A DNA stretch of 43,546 nt from Candidatus Zhuqueibacterota bacterium. GTDB taxonomy: Bacteria; Zhuqueibacterota; Zhuqueibacteria; Thermofontimicrobiales; Thermofontimicrobiaceae. How positions within the stretch are numbered: the stretch's first letter is position 1; each line of letters begins with the position of its first letter. Below are positions 1 to 10,131 of this stretch, one piece after another. The notes under the pieces are model-generated. The model saw nothing but the letters and a program-made list of their open reading frames with translations. It searched no databases and was not told the DNA's origin. Location: positions 1 through 43,546 of the forward strand of contig JBMOPW010000040.1 in assembly GCA_049322915.1 (NCBI GenBank), in the 5' to 3' direction. Both the position numbers and the translations under genes were made by a program.

Positions 1-32
1 ATAAGGTAGAAGTAAAAAGAAAGGTGAGGATA

Positions 33-126
33 TTACCGGATAGAGAATAATCCGGTAAATCATTATCATCCTGTTATCCTGTCCAAAGTAAACAAATACA
101 ACTTTTGATCCCCTGTGATCAATTAC
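33..126. repeat. Small repeat element at the left end, inverted relative to the right end
   Basis: CATCCTGTTATCCTGTC (67-83) is the exact reverse complement of 43448-43464; CCCTGTGATCAATTAC (111-126) matches the reverse complement of 43421-43436 at 14/16; 9-bp hairpin at 33-58. Confidence 0.7.
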
Positions 127-168
127 GCAAAATCACTCTAACAGTATTGAAAATATGAGAATTGTCAC

Positions 169-3100
169 ATGAAAGCCATGCCTCTTCAGATTGGAGAATC
201 GATTTTAAAAACTGACGCCGGAACTGCGACTGGTCAATTCATTGACATCGACCGGGAGCGATTTTACAAGATTTCCAACTACGATTGCATGCCGCCGTTT
301 CTGATGAGCATTGTCAGCGATTCAGATCACTGGATGTTCCTGTCCAGTCGGGGCGGAATCACCGCTGGCCGACGTGATCCGGACAACGCGCTATTCCCTT
401 ACGAAACCGATGACAAGATTTATGATGCCGCAGAAAAATCGGGCAGCGCAACCTGCATGCGCGTGGCCAGGGCTGGCGGTTCGTACCTCTGGGAGCCATT
501 CTCGGCGCGCTATGCCGGCCTCTACCGGATTAAGCGAAATCTCTATAAAAATGGCCTGGGCAACAGAGTGCTCTTCGAAGAAATTAATGCGGATCTGGCG
601 CTGACATTTCACTATGGCTGGATGAACAGCGAGAAATTCGGATTTGTGAAAACCTCGCGAATCATCAATTCCAGCCCGGAGTCAGTCACCATTGAACTGC
701 TGGATGGGTTGTTGAATATTCTGCCGTTCGGAATTACCCGGCGGTTTCAGATGGAATACAGCACCCTGGGCGATGCCTACAAGAAAAGCGAATCAGCGCC
801 CGGAACGACCGTGGCCATTTATTCGTTGAGCTCCATCCCCACAGACAAAGCGGAACCCAGCGAGGCATTGAAAGCGACGACTGTTTTTTCTGTCGGGCTG
901 GAACAGGGACGCGTTCTTCTGTCGCAGCGGCAACTCGATGACTTCCGCAGGGGTCGCGCCATCGAATCGGAGGACGAGATTCGCGGCCAACGCGGCGCGT
1001 ATCTGCTGCACGCCACCATTGGGCTGGCAGGTCGTTCCGAGCGCGACTGGCTATTTGCCTGCGACGTGGCGCAGGACAGCGCCGACGTCATTCGCATCGT
1101 GAACATGCAGCAGCAGCGCAATCTGAAAATGCAGGTTCTGGAGGACGTCTCTGTCGGGTGCGCGAATTTGACGAAAATCCTGGCCAACGCTGATGGGCTC
1201 CAATGCTCGCGGCTCACCACGCACTCGGCCCGCCATCTGTCCAATGTCCTGTTCAATGTCATGCGCGGTGGAATTTTTGAAGAGAATTACGTCATTTCCA
1301 AAAGCGATTTTCTCTCCTATCTGGAGCGGACGAATCGCGCGGTGCTGGAGAAGCACCGCCAATTTCTCCAGCGCCTGCCGGATAAGCTGATCCATTCGAA
1401 TTTGAAAGAACGCATTGAGCCGTTGGGGGAAAAGGATCTCACGCGATTGTATTTCTGCTATCTGCCTCTGACATTCAGCCGGCGTCACGGCGATCCCAGT
1501 CGTCCCTGGAATCTGTTTTCGATTGAAATAAAAAACAGCAGCGGTGAACGGATTTTGAACTACCAGGGGAACTGGCGGGACATCTTTCAGAATTGGGAGG
1601 CCCTGCTGCTGTCCTTCCCTGAATACATCGAAAGCGCCGTGAGCAAATTCCTCAACGCCTCGACTGCAGATGGCTATAATCCCTACCGAATCACTCGCGA
1701 AGGATTTGACTGGGAAGTGCTCGACCCACACGATCCCTGGTCCTACATCGGGTATTGGGGCGATCATCAGGTGATTTATCTGCAACGCCTGCTGGAGCTT
1801 TCGCAGCGCTACCATCCGGAAGTGCTGGAATCATTTTTGACCCGTGAAATGTTTGCCTTCGCCAATGTGCCGTACCGAATAAAGCCCTATGCCGACATCG
1901 TGAAGAATCCGCACAGCACAATCGATTTCGACGGTGCACTCCACGCAGACATTGAACGCCGGGTGAAAGCGCTGGGCTCAGATGGCCGTCTCGTCGTGAC
2001 CCGGGATGGCGCCGTCTTTCATGTGAATCTGACTGAAAAGCTCCTCATCACCTTGCTGGTCAGGCTCTCCAATTTCATTCCCGGCGCCGGGATTTGGATG
2101 AACACGCAGCGGCCTGAGTGGAATGACGCCAACAATGCGCTGGTCGGATTTGGCGTGTCCATGGTGACGCTGTATTACCTGAGACGATTATTGAACTTTT
2201 GCGCGGAACTGTTCCGGGCATCGCAGGCTGAGTCGGCAGCCATCTCCGAAGAGACGGCGGCGTTTTTCCATGCCATCTCTCATGCGATGCAGCAGCGCCT
2301 TCATTTGCTGAGGCAGCCTCTTTCCGATGCGAATCGCAAGATGATTCTGGATGAACTGGGCGAGGCCGGCAGTGCCTATCGGTGGCGGATTTATGACCAG
2401 GGATTCTCCGGGAAAAAGAACCCGATCACATTTGAAACCCTCAACTCGTTCTGTGACCTGGCCCTGCAGCACATCGATTCTGCCATCGCGCAGAACAAGC
2501 GGGAGGACAGTCTGTACAATGCCTACAATTTGATGAAGGTCGAGAATCGGAATGCCATTTCCATCCGGCGGCTGTACGAAATGCTGGAGGGTCAGGTCGC
2601 CATCCTCAGCGCGGGCGTTTTGTCCGCCGGCGACGCGCTGACCGTGCTGGAATCGCTCCGTGACAGCGCACTGTATCGGGCGGATCAGCACAGCTACATT
2701 CTCTATCCCAATCGGCGGCTGCCTCGCTTCCTGGAAAAAAATCGCATCCCGGCCGCGGAGTTTGAAAAATCGGAACTGCTTCGCGAGCTTGTCGCTCAGG
2801 GCGATTGTCAGATTGTGGCGCCGGATGTGGAGGGCGCTGTCCATTTCAACGGCGCCATGCGGAATGCCCGCGTGCTGGAACAGGCGCTAGATAAACTGCC
2901 GCACAGGGCACTGGTTACGAAAGAAAAAGAACTGATTTTGAAAATGTATGAAACGGTATTCGACCATCAGTCCTTCACCGGGCGGTCCGGGACATTTTTC
3001 AAATATGAAGGATTGGGCAGTATTTATTGGCACATGGTCTCCAAATTGTTGGTCGCCATTCAGGAGAATATTTTTCACGCGCTGGAACAGAACGAAGACA

Positions 3101-3618
3101 GGGCGATCATCGACAGGCTCATCCATTTTTATCGCGATGTGCAGCAGGGGATTGGCGCGACAAAATCGCCGGCGGAATACGGCGCGTTTCCGACTGATCC
3201 CTATTCGCACACGCCGGCCCATGCGGGCGTACAGCAGCCGGGAATGACCGGGCAGGTGAAAGAGGATATTCTCACCCGATTTGGAGAATTGGGCATCATC
3301 GTTCAGGCCGGGAAAATTCACTTCCAGCCAATCCTGCTGAATGAGGAAGAATTTTTGGTCGAGCCGGCGGACTTCACCTATTACGACGTTGCCGGCGAGA
3401 GACAGGTGCTGCCATTGAAATCCGGCAGTCTCGGATTCACCTATTGCCAGGTCCCGGTGATCTATTCAATGGCCGATCGGAACGAAGTTATCCTCACGGA
3501 CATCGATGGGATGGAAACACGACTGGCCGGGCTGGTCTTGGACGCACAGCAAAGCGCTTCAATGTTCAGGCGGGAAGGACGAATCCGGCGCATCGATATT
3601 CACATTCGAAAAGCGTGA
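169..3618 (+). CDS. GH149-like beta-1,3-glucan phosphorylase (cytoplasmic)
   Basis: 1149-aa ORF without signal peptide; motifs YLPLTFSRRHGDPSRPWN, YQGNWRDIFQNWEAL, WMNTQRPEWNDANNALVG, YEGLGSIYWHMVSKLL and GAFPTDPYSHTP; size and GH16/GH5 context fit GH149. Confidence 0.8.
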   Translation: MKAMPLQIGESILKTDAGTATGQFIDIDRERFYKISNYDCMPPFLMSIVSDSDHWMFLSSRGGITAGRRDPDNALFPYETDDKIYDAAEKSGSATCMRVARAGGSYLWEPFSARYAGLYRIKRNLYKNGLGNRVLFEEINADLALTFHYGWMNSEKFGFVKTSRIINSSPESVTIELLDGLLNILPFGITRRFQMEYSTLGDAYKKSESAPGTTVAIYSLSSIPTDKAEPSEALKATTVFSVGLEQGRVLLSQRQLDDFRRGRAIESEDEIRGQRGAYLLHATIGLAGRSERDWLFACDVAQDSADVIRIVNMQQQRNLKMQVLEDVSVGCANLTKILANADGLQCSRLTTHSARHLSNVLFNVMRGGIFEENYVISKSDFLSYLERTNRAVLEKHRQFLQRLPDKLIHSNLKERIEPLGEKDLTRLYFCYLPLTFSRRHGDPSRPWNLFSIEIKNSSGERILNYQGNWRDIFQNWEALLLSFPEYIESAVSKFLNASTADGYNPYRITREGFDWEVLDPHDPWSYIGYWGDHQVIYLQRLLELSQRYHPEVLESFLTREMFAFANVPYRIKPYADIVKNPHSTIDFDGALHADIERRVKALGSDGRLVVTRDGAVFHVNLTEKLLITLLVRLSNFIPGAGIWMNTQRPEWNDANNALVGFGVSMVTLYYLRRLLNFCAELFRASQAESAAISEETAAFFHAISHAMQQRLHLLRQPLSDANRKMILDELGEAGSAYRWRIYDQGFSGKKNPITFETLNSFCDLALQHIDSAIAQNKREDSLYNAYNLMKVENRNAISIRRLYEMLEGQVAILSAGVLSAGDALTVLESLRDSALYRADQHSYILYPNRRLPRFLEKNRIPAAEFEKSELLRELVAQGDCQIVAPDVEGAVHFNGAMRNARVLEQALDKLPHRALVTKEKELILKMYETVFDHQSFTGRSGTFFKYEGLGSIYWHMVSKLLVAIQENIFHALEQNEDRAIIDRLIHFYRDVQQGIGATKSPAEYGAFPTDPYSHTPAHAGVQQPGMTGQVKEDILTRFGELGIIVQAGKIHFQPILLNEEEFLVEPADFTYYDVAGERQVLPLKSGSLGFTYCQVPVIYSMADRNEVILTDIDGMETRLAGLVLDAQQSASMFRREGRIRRIDIHIRKA

Positions 3619-3970
3619 CGTCCGCGCAGCGCTCCGACCCAGGGTGGGTTTTTCTGCGCGAACGGATCCCGCGATTTACACCTTCTAATATGATTGACCA
3701 GTTGAACGCATGTGCAATAAATTCGATACTTTTTTGTATCTGTAGTGGACGGTCGCGACCGTCCACTACGCGTATGTCCAATAATAATAGAGGTGCTAAA
3801 ATTTTAACTGGTCATTCATATTTCTACCGGAAAGGTAGTCCTCTGATCAAACCTGATCTGCGTGGCGATTCGTCCGGGCTGAGATGCAAAATGAAGTTGA
3901 AAGTTATCGTTTTTTATATTATCTTATCCAGGAACTCAAAGCAGAATCTGACCAAAATTATGGTGTTGCA

Positions 3971-6016
3971 ATGACTAAAAATTATGCTGACCGATGGATG
4001 ACGTGGATGGTTGTGTGGCTTGTGCTGTCTTGTTTTTTGATCACGCCGGGATACGGCTACCTCAAAGCCAAGGGACAAAACATCGTCGATTCCAACGACC
4101 GCGAAATTCTTCTGCGCGGGATAGGTTTGGGCGGATGGCTTGTGCCGGAAGGCTATCAGCTTCACATCCCCGGATTCGGCTCGCCGACGTCCATTCGCAC
4201 CATGATCACCGATTTGATCGGCCCTGAAAATACAGCGGAGTTTTACAGTCGCTACGAAAGCAATTACGTCACTGAAGGCGATATTGAAAAAATAGCGTCC
4301 TGGGGATTCAATTCAATCCGCCTGCCTTTTTGCTATTATCTGGTGACGCCCAAAGATCAACCGGGCGTTTATTTGGAAGAGGGATTTGCCGTCATCGACA
4401 CTCTGCTCAATTGGTGCCGGAAGAACGAACTGTATTTGATCCTGGATTTGCATTGCGCGCCGGGCGGCCAGAGCAAGGATAACATCGCCGATGCGGATGG
4501 CGTTGAAGCGCGACTCTGGACAGAGCCGGCAAACCAGACGCGGACCGTTGACATGTGGAAAAAAATCGCTGAACGGTACGCCACTGAGGAATGGATCGGC
4601 GGCTACGATGTATTGAATGAGCCGGTGCTGCCTTCAGGTCATACCAATGCGGAACTGCGATTGCTCTACACGAGAATAACCGGGGCAATCCGCGAAGTGG
4701 ATACCAATCACATCATTTTCATCGAGGGAAACCGGTACGCCACAGATTTCACATCGCTGACGCCGCCTTTTGATACCAACCTGGTGTACAGTTTTCACAG
4801 ATACTGGTGTGAAAATACCCATGCGACGATTCAGAATTTTATCACAATTCGAAATACCTACAAGGTGCCGCTGTGGTTGGGTGAATCCGGGGAAAACTCC
4901 AACACATGGTTTTACGACGCCATCCGCCTGCTGGAAGATAATAAAATTGGCTGGTGCTGGTGGACTCATAAAAAAGTCGCAACGCTGACCAGTCCGTATT
5001 CGTCGCCGATTACTTCCAGCTATCAGGTTATTCTTGATTTTTGGAATAAGCTTCGCGAGGAACCCAGCCTGGAGTTCTCCAGAAATGCGCTGTTCGGAAT
5101 GGCGGAGAATTTAAAAACAGAGTATTGTGAATTCCGGCCGGATGTGCTGAAGTCGATGATGGATAAGGAATTTGGCGTGAAGCCAAAGCCCTACACTGAG
5201 CATGTCATCCCGGGAATTGTGAATTGCTCGGACTATGATTTTGGCCGGCAGGATATTGCCTACCACGACAGCGATTTTCAGAACGCGCGGGGCTTGACCA
5301 GCGGCGATCAATGGAATCGGGGTGACGAGTACCGCAACGATGGTGTGGATCTCCAACTCAGCAATGACAGCCAGGGCGCAAAGTACAGCATCGGCTGGAT
5401 CGAGACGGGCGAGTGGATGAAGTACACCGTGAGCGTGAGAGAATCCGGCAAGTACAATATACTGTTCCGCGTGGCGTCGCCGAATAGCACCGGCCGATTG
5501 CAGGTAATGCAGAATGATCAGCCGCTGACTTCAAACATCACTGTGCCCGGTACCGGCGGCTGGTTCAACTGGCAGACGCTCACCATCGAGGACGTCCAGA
5601 TGACAGCCGGAACGACCACCCTGACATTGTATGTCAGTCAGTCCGGATTCAATGTGAATTCCATGCGATTCGTCCTGGTTTCTTCATCCAATGGCCATAA
5701 CTTTTTAGACACCGTCCCCACCCGGCTGACGCTGAACCAGAACTATCCCAATCCATTCAATTCGGCCACCAATATCTGGTACGGCCTGCCGAATGATGCG
5801 CACGTGCGGATTGACATCTTCAACAGCCTGGGACAGTTTATTTCCTCGGTGGAAGATAGTGAGAAGTCATCCGGCTGGCATCTGGCCAACTGGTCGATTC
5901 AGGAGGACAATGCGTTCGCTTCGGACATTTCCAGCGGTGTGTATTTTTACCAGATCGAATCGACCTCGAAAAGTCAAACCCATTATTCCACTAAAAAAAT
6001 GCTTTACCTGAAGTAA
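3971..6016 (+). CDS. Secreted GH5 glycoside hydrolase (GH5_46-like) with CBM6 and C-terminal sorting domain
   Basis: LRGIGLGGW, LDLHCAPGGQ, YDVLNEP (acid/base), WLGESGEN (nucleophile); CBM6-like GWIETGEWMKYTV...TGGWFNWQT; LNQNYPNPFN C-terminal domain. ORF is open from 3884, but ATG 3971 or a nearby Met precedes the hydrophobic signal peptide. Confidence 0.85.
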   Translation: MTKNYADRWMTWMVVWLVLSCFLITPGYGYLKAKGQNIVDSNDREILLRGIGLGGWLVPEGYQLHIPGFGSPTSIRTMITDLIGPENTAEFYSRYESNYVTEGDIEKIASWGFNSIRLPFCYYLVTPKDQPGVYLEEGFAVIDTLLNWCRKNELYLILDLHCAPGGQSKDNIADADGVEARLWTEPANQTRTVDMWKKIAERYATEEWIGGYDVLNEPVLPSGHTNAELRLLYTRITGAIREVDTNHIIFIEGNRYATDFTSLTPPFDTNLVYSFHRYWCENTHATIQNFITIRNTYKVPLWLGESGENSNTWFYDAIRLLEDNKIGWCWWTHKKVATLTSPYSSPITSSYQVILDFWNKLREEPSLEFSRNALFGMAENLKTEYCEFRPDVLKSMMDKEFGVKPKPYTEHVIPGIVNCSDYDFGRQDIAYHDSDFQNARGLTSGDQWNRGDEYRNDGVDLQLSNDSQGAKYSIGWIETGEWMKYTVSVRESGKYNILFRVASPNSTGRLQVMQNDQPLTSNITVPGTGGWFNWQTLTIEDVQMTAGTTTLTLYVSQSGFNVNSMRFVLVSSSNGHNFLDTVPTRLTLNQNYPNPFNSATNIWYGLPNDAHVRIDIFNSLGQFISSVEDSEKSSGWHLANWSIQEDNAFASDISSGVYFYQIESTSKSQTHYSTKKMLYLK

Positions 6017-6033
6017 GGGAGAGGTGAACAACG

Positions 6034-7767
6034 ATGTTTTCTCACTCGAAAAATGAATGCCGGCTTAGCCATGCGTCTCTGTCTTTCTTGCGGCATGCTG
6101 GCCGAAGCACAGTGCTGACCGCGGCTGTACTTCTCGCACTCATGGTGAACTCCGCGCCGGCGGATGAAAAAGTCGTGTTCACTGATTCCAATCTGCCGAT
6201 CGTGGTCATCGACACGCACGGCCTGGAAATTCAGGACGAGCCGAAAATCACCGCCGATATGGGCATTATTTATAACGGCGAGGGGGTGCGAAATTATCTG
6301 TACGATGATCCGTACAATGAATATTTCGGCAAGATCGGTATCGAGTACCGCGGCTCCTCGACGCAGTCGTTCCCCAAGAAACAATTTGCAGTGGAGACGC
6401 GCGATATTCACGGCAACGATTCCACGGTGTCGCTGCTGGGTTTTCCGCCGGAAGATGATTGGATTCTGTACGCGCCTTTCACGGATAAATCGTTGATGCG
6501 GAACGTCCTGGCTTACAAACTCTTCAACGACATGGGGCGGTATGCAAGCCGCTCGCGGTACTGCGAAGTCGTGCTGAACGGCGATTACGTCGGCGTTTAC
6601 GTGCTGATGGAGAAAATCAAGCGGGACAAGAATCGCGTCAATATTTCCAAATTGGAACCCCAGGATTCTCAGGGCGACGATTTGACCGGCGGCTATATTT
6701 TTAAAATCGATAAATCCGATGGCGCAAAAAGCGATGGCTGGGAATCCCCGTTCCTGCCAATTCCCGGTTCCTGGCAGCGGATTTTTTATCAGTACCATTA
6801 TCCGGATCAGGAAGAAATCACCCCGGTGCAAAAGTCCTACATCCAGAATTTCATGTACAGATTCGAGAGCATGATGCAGGAATCCGATTATGCTGATCAG
6901 GAAACCGGCTACCGGTCGCAAATCAACGTCGACACCTTTGTTGACAATTTCATCATCCTCGAAATGGCCAAAAATGTGGATGGGTATCGCCTCAGCACCT
7001 ATTTTCATAAAGATCGCGACAGCAAAAATGGCAAGCTTTCTCTGGGGCCTATCTGGGATTACAACCTTGCCTTTGGCAATGCCGATTATTACGATGGCGC
7101 GGTCATCAGCGGCTGGCAGGTCGAGTTTTATCAGATCGATGATTACTGGCAGAATCCTTTCTGGTGGCGGAAACTGATGGCGGACACGAGTTTTGTCAAT
7201 GCCATCAATGCGCGGTGGTATCAACTTCGCGGCTCTGTTCTTGACGTCTTTCGGATCGAGGCGATCATCGATTCGCTGGTCACTCACATCGATGAAGCGC
7301 AGAAACGAAATTTCCAGCGCTGGCCCATTTTGAGCGAGTACATCTGGCCCAACGCCTACATCGGCGGCAGTTATTCCGCTGAAGTGCGCTATCTGAAACA
7401 GTGGGTTCACAGCCGCATATTGTGGATGGATGCCCACATGGTCGGCGCCTCCGGCGTCGAACGCAGCGATGATTCGGGCGCAACGCCTGGCAATTTCACT
7501 CTCAATCAGAACTATCCCAATCCGTTCAATGCCTCCACCCGCATTGACTATCAACTTCTGGCGCCGGCGCACGTTCGGCTTGTGCTGTACGATCTATTGG
7601 GGCGTTCCGTCGCCGTTCTCGCCGATGCTGTGCAGCCAGCCGGAAATTATGCCACGGTCTGGGATGGCGCCGATGCCAATGGCCAGCCGGTCGCCGATGG
7701 CGTTTATATTCTGCGTCTGGAATCCGGAGAGCATTATGCAAGCATCAAACTGGCGCTGGTGAAGTAG
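6034..7767 (+). CDS. CotH kinase family protein with C-terminal sorting/FlgD-Ig-like domain
   Basis: GIEYRGSSTQSFPKKQF, DKSLMRNVLAY, YVGVYVLMEKIKR, GPIWDYNLAFGN; signal peptide; LNQNYPNPFN...WDGADANG; GGAGAGG RBS upstream. Confidence 0.85.
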   Translation: MFSHSKNECRLSHASLSFLRHAGRSTVLTAAVLLALMVNSAPADEKVVFTDSNLPIVVIDTHGLEIQDEPKITADMGIIYNGEGVRNYLYDDPYNEYFGKIGIEYRGSSTQSFPKKQFAVETRDIHGNDSTVSLLGFPPEDDWILYAPFTDKSLMRNVLAYKLFNDMGRYASRSRYCEVVLNGDYVGVYVLMEKIKRDKNRVNISKLEPQDSQGDDLTGGYIFKIDKSDGAKSDGWESPFLPIPGSWQRIFYQYHYPDQEEITPVQKSYIQNFMYRFESMMQESDYADQETGYRSQINVDTFVDNFIILEMAKNVDGYRLSTYFHKDRDSKNGKLSLGPIWDYNLAFGNADYYDGAVISGWQVEFYQIDDYWQNPFWWRKLMADTSFVNAINARWYQLRGSVLDVFRIEAIIDSLVTHIDEAQKRNFQRWPILSEYIWPNAYIGGSYSAEVRYLKQWVHSRILWMDAHMVGASGVERSDDSGATPGNFTLNQNYPNPFNASTRIDYQLLAPAHVRLVLYDLLGRSVAVLADAVQPAGNYATVWDGADANGQPVADGVYILRLESGEHYASIKLALVK

Positions 7768-8057
7768 CGATGCGCGACCGTTCCCGCTGCGACGTGGCTG
7801 TGGAGACGGGGGGGACGTTTGACTATTAAAGCCATTAAAAAATGATGAGTCAACGGTGCATGACGGTTCTGGAAAAGTACACAGCGCCCGGTTCGTCAAA
7901 GGCGCCAATCCAACGGTCGCCCCGGGGAGAAAGTTGAGTTACCTGTGGCGTTATCAATTTAATAACGCGATTTATTATTTTAATAATTATTTTCGAAAAC
8001 AAAAAAATCCTGCCTCATTAACATTATAAAAAACAGCGCTCCAATTGGGTGAAAACG

Positions 8058-8073
8058 TGGTATGCTTATTGCT
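8058..8073 (+). promoter_or_regulatory. Putative sigma-54 (-24/-12) promoter
   Basis: TGGTATGCTTATTGCT has GG-N10-GC spacing, lies 35 bp upstream of the symporter ATG and follows an AT-rich tract (~7955-8035). Confidence 0.55.
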
Positions 8074-8107
8074 AAGATTGATTAAACAATAAATCGGATT
8101 TGAACGC

Positions 8108-9721
8108 ATGCAGCAGAACCTTACAACACCCGACCTCTTTTCTCTCCTTCTCTATTTTGCACTGCTCCTGGGTATCGGTTTCTATTATTCGAGAAAAGAA
8201 AGAAACAGCACCGATTATTTTTTAGCCGGTAAAAACGCCGGTTGGATTGCCATGGGCGCTTCCCTGTTCATCGCATCCATGTCCATAGATTATCTGTTCG
8301 GATTTACCGGCTCGACAGAGAATGTGTTTGCCGGTCATTTCGGATGGATGGCTGCCTTTTTCATTCTCATGCTGGGCTGGCTGTTTGCGCCGGTGTATGT
8401 GAAGATGGGCGTGTTCACCACGCCGGAGTTCCTGGGCCGCCGCTACAATCGCTTTGTCCGGGATTTCTCGACAATGTTCTCGCTGCTAGGCTATGTGTTC
8501 ACCCGAATATCCGTGCTTTTGTACGCCGGCTCGATGCTATTGAATAGCGCCCTGGGAATGGATCCGGCCGTCTCCGCGTTCATCCTGATTGCATGCGCCG
8601 GCATCTACGCCGTGACCGGCGGGTTGAAGGCCATCCTCCACGTCGATATCTTCCAGTCGGCGGTGATCGTTCTCGGCGCGCTGGCTCTGACAATGTGGGG
8701 CCTGCCCGGCTTCACCGGTCTCTCAGCTGTAACACTGACTGCCTCGCAGTCCCTCGGCACCCTGGAAAACCTGCAAGCAAAACCGTTGCTTTCAGGGATT
8801 GGAATGATGTTCGGCCTGCCGATTATCGGACTCTGGTATTGGTGCACCGATCAATACATTGTCCAGCGCATTCTCGGCGGTAAAAATTTGAATCATATTC
8901 GGAGTGGAGCCATCCTGGCCGGTTTTCTCAAATTAGTCCCGATGATGATGCTTGTCTTCCCGGGACTCATTGCTTTCGATTTTTTCAATCCCCCGGCTCA
9001 GGCGCCAAACGCCGCGTCGCTGCACGCGGCTGGCCAGTTTTTGCCCGCAGGAATCAGGGGCCTTGTAGTCGCCAGCATGCTGTCGGCGTTGATTTCTTCG
9101 CTGGCGAACAGTTTCACGAGCAGCGCCACGCTGTTCACCATGGATTTATACCGTCCGGCCCGGCCCCATTCCACGGAAAAAGAGCTTGTGTTGATCGGCC
9201 GTCTGGCGACAGTGGCGGTCATTCTTTTGGGCATTATCTGGGTGCCGTTCCTCCGCCATATCCATTCCGGCGGGTATCTTTATTTGCTGATTTTCCAGGC
9301 AGTCATGAGTCCGCCCATCGCCGCCGTATTCGTGATCGGCTTGCTCTGGACTCGCGCCAATGCTACCGGCGCTGTCTGGGCGCTGGTGTCCGGCGCGATG
9401 ATCGCTCTCGTCCGGCTCATCGCGGACCTGTTTGATGCCGCGGCAGGGGTGCGCATCCCCATCCTGCACGAGATCGCTGACATACATGTTTTACATTTCG
9501 CTGCGCTGCTATTTCTGATTTCGGGCGTTGTGTTGATCGTCGTGAGTGTGAGCACGCAGGTTTCTCCAGCGAGCCCGGCGGCGACGCGAGACGCCCATGC
9601 CATCGCCGGCAAATCAATGGGGGAGGCCAATCCAATGTGGACGAAGTTGAATATTGGTTTTTCGATTGCGCTCGTCCTGGCGCTCATTGGGCTTTATGGG
9701 ATTCCCAAAATTCTGAAATGA
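8108..9721 (+). CDS. Sodium:solute symporter (SSS/SLC5, SGLT-like), divergent
   Basis: Polytopic membrane protein; DYFLAGK, FTTPEFLGRRY, GGLKA, WYWCTDQYIVQRILG, GFLKL, TLFTMDLY, LIGRLAT. Confidence 0.9.
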   Translation: MQQNLTTPDLFSLLLYFALLLGIGFYYSRKERNSTDYFLAGKNAGWIAMGASLFIASMSIDYLFGFTGSTENVFAGHFGWMAAFFILMLGWLFAPVYVKMGVFTTPEFLGRRYNRFVRDFSTMFSLLGYVFTRISVLLYAGSMLLNSALGMDPAVSAFILIACAGIYAVTGGLKAILHVDIFQSAVIVLGALALTMWGLPGFTGLSAVTLTASQSLGTLENLQAKPLLSGIGMMFGLPIIGLWYWCTDQYIVQRILGGKNLNHIRSGAILAGFLKLVPMMMLVFPGLIAFDFFNPPAQAPNAASLHAAGQFLPAGIRGLVVASMLSALISSLANSFTSSATLFTMDLYRPARPHSTEKELVLIGRLATVAVILLGIIWVPFLRHIHSGGYLYLLIFQAVMSPPIAAVFVIGLLWTRANATGAVWALVSGAMIALVRLIADLFDAAAGVRIPILHEIADIHVLHFAALLFLISGVVLIVVSVSTQVSPASPAATRDAHAIAGKSMGEANPMWTKLNIGFSIALVLALIGLYGIPKILK

Positions 9722-10131
9722 AGCGGAATCGAGCCGTCATGGCTGCTGTGCTGTGAAGCAGCACGATATTGAAAATGCAAAATGAATCAGGACTTTTAAA
9801 ATAATGTGGAAGATTTTCAGCATCGTATTTGGCATAGAGTAATTTTGATTTCGAAGCAACAGCGAGTTTAACTGTATTCTTCAACCATTGAAGTAACTCT
9901 CTGACCAATTCGTTAAATCATTTTTCTTCAAAAAATCGTGAACAGAATTCCCGTTTCCAGGGGAATAAGAGTCTATGAAAAATAAAACCAAAGAGAAGTG
10001 GAAGCTGAACCGAAAGGAGGTGACAGAAAAGCTAGACCTGGTGTTTTTAGGAAAGGGGTACTTATCATCATGTTGTATTAATTCATATTAACAAAGTGCG
10101 TGCACAGAACAAAATTCTGTAGGAGGAATTC

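Noticed and set aside
3444..3974. 176-aa ORF bridging the GH149-like and GH5 genes
   Set aside because: Overlaps both neighbours out of frame and has no motif; likely intergenic sequence
6004..7572. 522-aa minus-strand ORF, and similar ones at 22729-23787, 25075-26163, 27744-29090 and 37448-38635
   Set aside because: They overlap well-supported genes on the opposite strand and show no recognisable motifs
9830..9850. Second sigma-54 promoter (TTGGCATAG)
   Set aside because: No GC at the -12 position with GG-N10-GC spacing
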